Below are positions 9,365 to 17,252 of a stretch of 50,648 nucleotides of DNA, in pieces. The translations under genes and the position numbers were made by a program. The stretch covers positions 1 through 50,648 of the forward strand of contig JALGVI010000007.1 of assembly GCA_029838215.1 (NCBI GenBank). Direction: 5' to 3'. A model generated the notes under the pieces. That model was not told where the DNA came from. It did not search any database and saw only the letters and a list, made by a program, of their open reading frames with translations. Within the stretch, counting starts at the first letter, position 1; each line of letters begins with the position of its first letter. This stretch comes from Candidatus Helarchaeota archaeon. Lineage in GTDB: Archaea; Asgardarchaeota; Lokiarchaeia; Helarchaeales; RDOG01.

Positions 9365-9835
9365 TTACCACTCACTATCAATATCGTCATAATCATAATC
9401 TGAATATTCTTGGATGTCATCGTAGTCATCGAGTCCATTGTAGAACTCATCATTTTTCTTTGACGATTTGTTTCGTTCAGGGAATCCGGGTTTAAAATCA
9501 TCTAAATACTCGGACTCATCTTCAAACTTCTCCATCTCAGAGTACAACTCCTGTTTCTCCGAGCTTTCTGCGATCTCAAGCAAATCTCCTTCTTCAGGAT
9601 CGTCGAAGGATATGTTGACTTTAGATTTTCTAGAACCTTTGATCTGCTGTAATAGCTCTGCGTCTTTTTCATCCACGATTCCCACGACTTTCCTCTTACG
9701 TTTTCTTTTGCTTTTTGCAGTTTTTCGCACGACAGAAGTTGTCTTAGTGGTTTTCTTCTTAACTTTCTTCTTTTTCTTAGGCTTTTTGCTTGTTTTCTTC
9801 GCCTTTTTCTGCTTGACCTTTTTAGATTTTCCCAT
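9365..9835 (-). CDS. Charge-segregated disordered protein (Lys-rich N-terminus, Asp/Glu/Tyr-rich C-terminus ending DIDSEW)
   Basis: 156-aa ORF with GGTG 8 nt before the ATG; composition read directly from the translation. Confidence 0.7.
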   Translation of the reverse strand: MGKSKKVKQKKAKKTSKKPKKKKKVKKKTTKTTSVVRKTAKSKRKRKRKVVGIVDEKDAELLQQIKGSRKSKVNISFDDPEEGDLLEIAESSEKQELYSEMEKFEDESEYLDDFKPGFPERNKSSKKNDEFYNGLDDYDDIQEYSDYDYDDIDSEW

Positions 9836-9992
9836 GAACTTGACACCAAGAAATATTCAAATCAAATTTGCATTCTAATGCTTCGATTTTCGTTCTGATC
9901 TGTTTTCTTATTTTTCTCCATTATTTGAAGTTGATGTTTTTCTTTTATTATCCGAATTAAATCGAACTTCAGCAATTTATAAAGTTTTTTGG

Positions 9993-10325
9993 TCAAGAGA
10001 AATCCTTTCTCGTCCATCGATTCCCATCTCTAGAAGAATATTTTTCGAAGATTCTATCCAAAAAGGATTCCAAATTGACATCATAATGATTTGCAATGCA
10101 AACTAGGCTAAAAAGAGTGTCGGCTAATTCCAAGCCTAAAATATTTTTTGGTGTTTCGGGATCTGCTATTTTCTTTGGTTTATGACCTTCGAGACTATTG
10201 ATTTCTCGCCCCAATTCTCCAACTTCTTCAACTAATGCCGCAAACATGGAAAGCGGCGGCCAATATCCCACTTCAAATTGTTTTATCCATTTATCAACTC
10301 GTTTCTGAATATCGTTTAAATGCAT
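9993..10325 (-). CDS. MazG-like nucleotide pyrophosphohydrolase (YpjD type)
   Basis: ALVEEVGELGREIN and ELADTLFSLVCIAN motifs; true start likely MHLNDIQ at 10325. Confidence 0.88.
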   Translation of the reverse strand: MHLNDIQKRVDKWIKQFEVGYWPPLSMFAALVEEVGELGREINSLEGHKPKKIADPETPKNILGLELADTLFSLVCIANHYDVNLESFLDRIFEKYSSRDGNRWTRKDFS

Positions 10326-10446
10326 GGTATCTTCTCCGAATGACTTGATGTGATATTTATAGGCTTTGTTTACCTTTATTAAAAAAGAGTTTTTATTGAA
10401 AGCAACCGAATTATAATTAAGAAATATAAGAAGTGAATCGTGAAAG

Positions 10447-11826
10447 ATGTCGTTGAAAAAAAGAAAGCAAGTATTGATCAAAGAATTGATTCGTAAGAAT
10501 GTACTTCATGATCGTCGTTTAATTCGAGCCTTCGAAGAAATTCCAATGGAAAAATTCATTCCTGACCATCTTTTGGACTGGGATCGGATTTATCTCGACA
10601 TGCCACAACTATTTTACTTTAGAGATCCATTAAACCGCCGGACGATTAGTGCTCCTCACATGATATCGATCATGGTTGAAAGCCTGAACCTACAACCCGG
10701 CAATAATCTTCTCATACTGGGGTCAAAAAGCGGTTATATAAGTGCGATTTGCAGTCGACTCTGTCCTGAAGGGGAGATTTTCATCTTAGAAGCGATAAAA
10801 TCCATCAAGGAATCCACGGAGGCACTACTTCAAAAAATGGGATTGGATAAAAACATCACGATTATAGGTCCCATAAATCCTCTATTTGGCTTAAAGGAAC
10901 AAGCACCATGGCAGAAGATTTTAGTTACCGGACAAGTTGAAAAAGGTGATTTAGAATTCATTCTTTATCAATTGGATGAAAATGGCGGCGTTTTGTTTGC
11001 TCCCATTGGGAACATGTTCCAGCAAAAATTCACTCAAATAATTCGTGATGGAGACGAATTTTATTTTAATGAGATTGGTGATGTTGTCTTCGGTCCTTTA
11101 GATGTGGAACCGTCTTTTGATGATTCTGTTGATAATCTTGAAATGCCCGCTACAGAACCTCCAAGGTTCCAACCCATTGCGTTAAAAATTGATTTAGGAA
11201 TGGCAGAAGAGAAAATGCAGGAAATCATTCAGCGTTACTTTTATCAACAAAAGCAAAAGGTCGATGTCAGTGATGATGAGATTATTGAAACTGCAATGGA
11301 GCTTGCCGAAAAGCATGACGGGACGATCCACCTAATAACAATAGCTGATTACTTAAACGTAGATGAAAAACAGGTTGAAAAAGTCCTAAAGCAATCGAAG
11401 ATCGGTTCTATCCAAACGTTCACTTCCAGTTTAATAACTGATAAAATTTTCGTCTTGAACAAAGAAGATTATAAGAAAAAATTCCAATTACTATTAGACA
11501 CGTTAAAACCCGTCTTGGAAATTGTCTTGAACATGAAAAACGTCCATGATTCTGATAAACTCCTGAAATTCTTGAGTGAAATCGATGAAAAATTACAAAA
11601 CCTTAGGGAAATGACGATCGATGTCAAGATGAAAAAAATCAATCACTTGATAACTGAAATTAGAAGTAAGTGCTTGACAACAAAAAAATTGGAAGACCGG
11701 GTGGCATCAGATCCAAAAATTCTCAATGCCATCGATAAAGTGACCCTTCAATTGTTAGAAAAGATCGAATTATTACACGACACGCTTCTAGAACGGATTA
11801 ACAGTTTAGAAATTTTCCTATCTTAA
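10447..11826 (+). CDS. Protein-L-isoaspartate O-methyltransferase-like domain fused to a C-terminal winged-helix plus helical region
   Basis: AFEEIPMEKFIP, TISAPHM, LQPG..LILGSKSGY, GGVLFAPIG, VVFGPL; about 235 extra C-terminal residues. Confidence 0.8.
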   Translation: MSLKKRKQVLIKELIRKNVLHDRRLIRAFEEIPMEKFIPDHLLDWDRIYLDMPQLFYFRDPLNRRTISAPHMISIMVESLNLQPGNNLLILGSKSGYISAICSRLCPEGEIFILEAIKSIKESTEALLQKMGLDKNITIIGPINPLFGLKEQAPWQKILVTGQVEKGDLEFILYQLDENGGVLFAPIGNMFQQKFTQIIRDGDEFYFNEIGDVVFGPLDVEPSFDDSVDNLEMPATEPPRFQPIALKIDLGMAEEKMQEIIQRYFYQQKQKVDVSDDEIIETAMELAEKHDGTIHLITIADYLNVDEKQVEKVLKQSKIGSIQTFTSSLITDKIFVLNKEDYKKKFQLLLDTLKPVLEIVLNMKNVHDSDKLLKFLSEIDEKLQNLREMTIDVKMKKINHLITEIRSKCLTTKKLEDRVASDPKILNAIDKVTLQLLEKIELLHDTLLERINSLEIFLS

Positions 11827-14800
11827 TTTTTTTCTTTCATTTTTGTTTTAGTTTCATTTATTTTTTCTTTTATTTGTTGATATAGTTTTAAGGCTTCTTT
11901 TCCTTTTGATTGGAGATGATTTTTCTTGTCAATGAGACCGAAAGTATATAATGTCTTGAGGATCGAGCTCGTTTCTTTCTCTGAAATCTTTACTTCCTTT
12001 GAGATTTCCTTTATCGTGAAATATCCCCTGCCAATCGCTTCGAGCACTCTTGCCCCATGTAATCCATGAATCTCTTGAAGGTTATCAAGAGACCAGCGAG
12101 CGGTAATTTGAAGAGCCTTTGGAATTGTTTCTGCCAATGGGAAGTACTGAGATAGAATTTTTCCTGCGAGTTTGAACCGTTCTATGTCTCCATTCCAATC
12201 TTTTAAATCCTCGGTATAGCATAATTCAAACTCATTTACGTATCCATTCAATTGGTTGCGTATCACGTGCAAGTCTTCGTCAGCCATGATTGCTGCCGTA
12301 ACGTGATTTCCATGTGAAAAAATAATCTTGCTATCAAAATGGCTGATGCTTTTTAATGGCTTGTCGCTTTTTGTGATTTCACTAACGATTGAGCTTATAC
12401 CAAGCAAGGCACTCGTAACAAGAGACGAATCCACTTCTCTCTCACCACCAACACGCCGATCGAAAATCGCGGCACCTGTCTTCTTGTAAAACAAGTAAAT
12501 ATGCTTTATTTTCCGTTCCCAATGTCGTTCCCTTACTTTCTTGCGAATGCGATATGCGAAAAGTAGTCCAAGTAGAGTCACGCCAATTCCAACGAGCAAG
12601 AAAATGACCAAGAAAAGCGGACTTAACGGCGGCGTGTTGACAACGAGTGTTACCGTTTCCTGTGCTAGCAGATCCCCGTTTTGATTCCGCACGTAGACAT
12701 TTACTTCATATTGACCTGGAAGCATGCCAAACGTATTAATCGGTAAGATGAAATGACCATTGACGTATTGTAACGAACCGGAGCCATGAATCCATTCATA
12801 AGTCGCCAAATTATCTACACCTAACGACGTGCCGTGGTATCTATCGAAGAAATCAAACGTGAACTCCACCGTTTCACCGACAATGCCGACCTGAACATTA
12901 CCATCCGATATTGATGTATCAATGAAATCTGTCCACGGTAAAGTGCGGAGAATCACCTGCAAGCTACTATCCAAATAATGCTCTTTACTTGCCGTAATCA
13001 AAACATTATATGATTTCGTTTGACTGCTTGCTGTAAAATTAATGCGATACATGCCATTACTGATGTCAACATAATTAACTTGAGAATATCCTAAGAATGA
13101 AATTGTTGCATTGCTTAGCAGTTGATCAAATTCCGTATCGTTGAAAACGATGTAAAGATCCGCATCATTCTCGCCATAAGGGATTTCAATGATCGTGGTG
13201 TTTTGAGAACAAGCTTTCAATTCAGTAAAGGTATCACGTAGGGGAACCGGAACCAAGATTTGTTGGGTATCGAAGCGAAATCTGGAAGCGGTTATATTTA
13301 GTAAATCCGTGCTGGAAAGCCCGGTCGTGTTAACTATCAATTTATATTTATTGTTGTTTGATTCATTAAATGTCACGGCACCTATGATGGAAGCATTCAC
13401 ATCAATCGTTGCATCAGGAATTGGATCTCCAACTAATGTTTCATAATTTAATAAAATCGTTGCATTTCCACCATATGGGACGGAATTGATGGGATCGTGA
13501 GTTAGAATGGTCTCAAAGCGAAATATGATTATTAAATTTAAGGAACAATTCGAATAATATTGACTGGTAGAATTGATTTCTAACGTGTAGTTTTTGTCAT
13601 TCTGAAAGGTAAGTTCTGTTGTATCCAGAACTATGTCATATTCTCCAGTACCCTGGTCTGTAAGATTTAGAATACCCGTGCTCCAATTTAACTGAACATT
13701 TAAACCTGAAATGAGCTGATTTGTATTCGTATCATTTGCTCGCACGCGAATCAACAGCAAATCGCCATATTTCATTTCCGTGGTATCATCGATACGGGCA
13801 TCGAATGGCTCACGTAGGGAAATGCTGGATTGATGAACGATATTCATGACGGTAGAATTTTGACCTGATTCCGTTCCATTCGTCCACTGAACCATCACCT
13901 GATATGAACCACCAGTCGTATTTGTGCTTCCGATCGTGATATTTGGAAAAATTACCCATCCATTACTAGAACCTATTGATTGTCCGCTCCACCAAGTGGT
14001 ACCATTTGGTGCTTGAATCGTTAGATTTGCCATACTTCCCGCGAGATCAGTTTTCGTCTGAGTCTTCGTCCCTATTCTGGCGATCACTCTTGATTTATTG
14101 GTAACAAAGAATTCCGTGCTATTTGACCACGTGCTTCCCGTAAAAACTTGGGTTTGGATTTCTTGAACATAATTGTTGGAATCTGCCCTGATGATCCAAT
14201 ATCCATCAGGATATTCTGTCATGTTCGTTGTTGGGATGGAAGCATATCCGTCAAAATGCCCTCCTTGTATGTCACTAATACGATTGATTAAAGGATATAT
14301 TGGTTCAGCAACATACGTGAGGTTCCAATCTCTTGGCGTGGAAAAATTGAACGTGTGATTTCCAAAATGGCTCGGCACGCCAACATAATAATAAAATTCC
14401 CAACACGTCGAATTATCCTGAACCTCATAGTTCATTCCTATTTTTGAAGGGTCCATTGCATGAAGGCTTGAACCAGTCGTGTTCGCAAATAGATTCATGT
14501 CTACTTTAAAAGTCAGGTCAATTGGGAGAACAGGATCTGTTGATGAAATGGTTGGCGTGAAGCTGAAGTTTCCTTCGACTCTTTGATTAATTGAGTCATA
14601 TTCTATTGATCCAAGCTGAGTAACAGAACCTGAATTTTCCCCTATATCATCAACTAGAATGTCATTCATGGTTAGAGAAACATTAGATGGTTTTACCTTG
14701 CTTTTAAGATAGAGCTGAAAATTGTCGATCCAGATTTCTGGATTTGGTTCTGAACCATAGCTGATATCTGCAGAATGAGTCAATCCAATTTTGAGATTTA

Positions 14801-16286
14801 AATTCACGTGCGTTCCGTTATTTGGAAGATTGGCTGTTGAAATGGGAACAATTCCCGTATTATACCACGTATCTTTCTGTTCAATCTCGTGAAAACTTAT
14901 TAGATGGACTTTCTTCCATGCATCTTCAAGTCCGATATCTTCAAAACTTGACGTGATAAAATCGCCATAAACATCTCTCGTGTCATCAATGAAAAGAACG
15001 GATTGATATGACGAGTTCAGCCAATTTAGAGTTCTATTAATGAGATCCGTGCGCTCCTGATCCGCCAAGACATCACTAATGTCAAATCCGAAGAACATTG
15101 TTGCATTTTCATGGGTACTTGAAGACCAATTTATGGTAGAACGTTGTCGACTCGATTGAACCACGTCATATTTGAGAGGCACGTCTGCATCGGGGCTGGG
15201 ATCGTCAAAGTAACACGGCGATGCTAATGAGTATAAAGCATAATCATTAATTCCATCAAAAATTCCACCGGCAATACCATCAAGGTTTTGACCACTTGAC
15301 AATTGTCCGCTATGGTTTGCATGAAGGTACCTATAAAGCCAAGTACTCTCGGGAGGATTTTGGAACTCATAGGAAATTCCCTGTCCCGTCAAAAGCAATT
15401 TACCCTTGTCATTCAGGTAATTTGTTATGAGCATTCTGTCACTTGAGGTGAGTGTGTTTGTAGTTGTCCAACCTGTTGCCCAAACGACAATATCATATTT
15501 TTGCAGGTATGAAAGGTCGGGAACACCTCTATCCGTGTAATTATAGTAAAAATAGATTTTATTACTCGGACTTTGAAGGTCCGTTTGATCTACGGCGACA
15601 CTAATCTTGAATGCGCCTGCCCCTTCCAAGGACCAACTTGAATTAACCTTGTAATCAAATTGCAATCCCGCCCAATTTACTGATCCCCTCTCGATGGAAA
15701 TGTTTTGCTCGAATGAAGCATCTGTCGTCGTATAATAAACAGATCGCGAATTTCCCTGATCCCAATTGTTTAGTTTGATGTGGATACCTCTTGAATTATT
15801 CACGCCTTCCCCATCCTCAATGGCATAATTCCATCCCGGATGAGATATAGAGGAAAAGTCTGAAGCGTGAGCCGTCCAATTCCCCGTGGACTCGAAATCA
15901 ACATCCTTTATCCAACAGCGATTTTCATATATGTCATTCAAGTACATTTCGATCCTGTTTCCATCCCAGGTTGAAGGTAAAGAAACGTAAGCCGACATGT
16001 TTTGAATTTCGCCGGATGTTTCATTATAGTAAAGCATGATTTCTTGATCTGAATTCGTTCGATTTGCATGTTCATAAATCGTGAGAGGAGGTGCAATATT
16101 GTTGCTTTCTTTTAATAGCAAAGGGAAAGGGTCTGCACCTATCGTGGAAGGATTATACGTTGTCGCTAAAAAGAAGGGAATCATTGGCATGAATGATAAA
16201 AATAATGAAAATAAAATTAAAGAACCCAGAAATAAACTTTTTATTCTAAAATCATCTTTTCGGAAATTTGTCATAAATCTCGACAC
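11823..16286 (-). CDS. Giant single-pass surface protein: glycosylated beta-rich ectodomain, TM, cytoplasmic longin-like domain, winged helix
   Basis: N-terminal hydrophobic helix, many N-x-S/T sequons, Ig-like repeats, TM LFLVIFLLVGIGVTLLGLLFAY, longin-like IYLFYKKTGAAIF...DSSLVTSALLGI...FELCY, wHTH TIKEISKEVKISEKETSSILKTLYTFGLID. Alternative ATG start at 16274 with AGGTG. Confidence 0.8.
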   Translation of the reverse strand: MSRFMTNFRKDDFRIKSLFLGSLILFSLFLSFMPMIPFFLATTYNPSTIGADPFPLLLKESNNIAPPLTIYEHANRTNSDQEIMLYYNETSGEIQNMSAYVSLPSTWDGNRIEMYLNDIYENRCWIKDVDFESTGNWTAHASDFSSISHPGWNYAIEDGEGVNNSRGIHIKLNNWDQGNSRSVYYTTTDASFEQNISIERGSVNWAGLQFDYKVNSSWSLEGAGAFKISVAVDQTDLQSPSNKIYFYYNYTDRGVPDLSYLQKYDIVVWATGWTTTNTLTSSDRMLITNYLNDKGKLLLTGQGISYEFQNPPESTWLYRYLHANHSGQLSSGQNLDGIAGGIFDGINDYALYSLASPCYFDDPSPDADVPLKYDVVQSSRQRSTINWSSSTHENATMFFGFDISDVLADQERTDLINRTLNWLNSSYQSVLFIDDTRDVYGDFITSSFEDIGLEDAWKKVHLISFHEIEQKDTWYNTGIVPISTANLPNNGTHVNLNLKIGLTHSADISYGSEPNPEIWIDNFQLYLKSKVKPSNVSLTMNDILVDDIGENSGSVTQLGSIEYDSINQRVEGNFSFTPTISSTDPVLPIDLTFKVDMNLFANTTGSSLHAMDPSKIGMNYEVQDNSTCWEFYYYVGVPSHFGNHTFNFSTPRDWNLTYVAEPIYPLINRISDIQGGHFDGYASIPTTNMTEYPDGYWIIRADSNNYVQEIQTQVFTGSTWSNSTEFFVTNKSRVIARIGTKTQTKTDLAGSMANLTIQAPNGTTWWSGQSIGSSNGWVIFPNITIGSTNTTGGSYQVMVQWTNGTESGQNSTVMNIVHQSSISLREPFDARIDDTTEMKYGDLLLIRVRANDTNTNQLISGLNVQLNWSTGILNLTDQGTGEYDIVLDTTELTFQNDKNYTLEINSTSQYYSNCSLNLIIIFRFETILTHDPINSVPYGGNATILLNYETLVGDPIPDATIDVNASIIGAVTFNESNNNKYKLIVNTTGLSSTDLLNITASRFRFDTQQILVPVPLRDTFTELKACSQNTTIIEIPYGENDADLYIVFNDTEFDQLLSNATISFLGYSQVNYVDISNGMYRINFTASSQTKSYNVLITASKEHYLDSSLQVILRTLPWTDFIDTSISDGNVQVGIVGETVEFTFDFFDRYHGTSLGVDNLATYEWIHGSGSLQYVNGHFILPINTFGMLPGQYEVNVYVRNQNGDLLAQETVTLVVNTPPLSPLFLVIFLLVGIGVTLLGLLFAYRIRKKVRERHWERKIKHIYLFYKKTGAAIFDRRVGGEREVDSSLVTSALLGISSIVSEITKSDKPLKSISHFDSKIIFSHGNHVTAAIMADEDLHVIRNQLNGYVNEFELCYTEDLKDWNGDIERFKLAGKILSQYFPLAETIPKALQITARWSLDNLQEIHGLHGARVLEAIGRGYFTIKEISKEVKISEKETSSILKTLYTFGLIDKKNHLQSKGKEALKLYQQIKEKINETKTKMKEKN

Positions 16287-16757
16287 CTATTGTTGTGTAT
16301 TTCGTTTTAATAAATGAAGCATTTCGAATTCCATGACGATTTCTTTTTCTTCAGGAGAAATGACTTTAAATACGGTGAATTTCATGGTAAGAATTCCACG
16401 ATCGGGACGAGTTCGAGATTGTCTTGTTTCTAAAACTTCAACCCCTGCTTGCATCGTGTCATTTATGCGAAGCGGAGCCTTAAATCTCATGTTTTGAATG
16501 CTTAAAAGAGCAATAATCGTTTTTTTATAAATTCCGAGTTGCAAAAACAGACCAACTGCTAGCGGAATTATGAATGGCCCCGGAAAGACTCGAGAACCGT
16601 AGGGCATTTCTTCTCTCGCATATATTTCATCAAAAAACATGGGATCATGAAACCAAACTAAATTGCAAAACGCCGTTAAATCGTTCTCCGTGAGCGTGCG
16701 CCGCTCTGTCATGAATTTTTCTCCTTTTGTAAATTCATTAAAGTATCGCCCTGCCAT
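16287..16757 (-). CDS. MaoC-like (hot-dog fold) dehydratase
   Basis: GRYFNEF..GE...TERRTLTE.D...F......HDPMFFD, RVFPG, RFKAPL.INDT motifs. Confidence 0.88.
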   Translation of the reverse strand: MAGRYFNEFTKGEKFMTERRTLTENDLTAFCNLVWFHDPMFFDEIYAREEMPYGSRVFPGPFIIPLAVGLFLQLGIYKKTIIALLSIQNMRFKAPLRINDTMQAGVEVLETRQSRTRPDRGILTMKFTVFKVISPEEKEIVMEFEMLHLLKRNTQQ

Positions 16758-16853
16758 TAGAAATACATCTCATTTCGCCAGTATTACTTACAACGTTAGC
16801 TACAAAAATAAACTATTGCTTTTTAAATTTAGTAACGAAAATCTAAATCTATT

Positions 16854-17252
16854 GTGATGGAAATGTATCAACGAGTTTATTACTTAAGTGCGACATATTT
16901 GGAAATCGAAGAGCTTTTAAAAGCTTACTTGAGGGAGAACGAATGGACTTATACCATTGAATTCCAGACTTTCAAGGCTTTTCGTGATAATTTGAAGATT
17001 TCCATCAAAATCGAAGAACAAATAAACATGACGACCGTCCAAATTTCCGGCGGAAGTTCCGACTACACTATTGAACAAGAGCAAGAGATTATTGAAATTA
17101 TTGCTGATATTGGAGATTATTTAGAAGGATTCTTCATCTCGGATACCAGTTCACCGCAAACTCAAGCGGTGAAAAATGGCTGTCCGATATGCGGAAAGGC
17201 ACTTCGTCGGGGAGTTATTTATTGTCCTAATTGTGGGGCTTTAGTCAAGTAG
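16854..17252 (+). CDS. Hypothetical protein with C-terminal zinc ribbon
   Basis: CPICGK-x7-YCPNCG at the C-terminus; 12-nt convergent overlap with the next gene. Confidence 0.75.
   Translation: MMEMYQRVYYLSATYLEIEELLKAYLRENEWTYTIEFQTFKAFRDNLKISIKIEEQINMTTVQISGGSSDYTIEQEQEIIEIIADIGDYLEGFFISDTSSPQTQAVKNGCPICGKALRRGVIYCPNCGALVK

Noticed and set aside
9261-9371. N-terminal extensions of track ORFs (9371, 10481, 27330, 27398, 40680, 43421)
   Set aside because: The extensions translate AT-rich promoter DNA, and internal ATGs coincide with family N-termini and/or RBS motifs.
9468-9878. Antisense and alternative-frame ORFs such as 9468-9878, 9502-9849, 29568-29975, 50063-50401 and many other 60-135 aa track entries
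   Set aside because: They overlap well-supported genes and their Ser/Phe-rich composition mirrors the Glu/Lys codons of the real strand (shadow ORFs).
9993-10325. MazG as an anti-phage abortive-infection gene
   Set aside because: It is a single-domain housekeeping type with no neighbouring defence genes.
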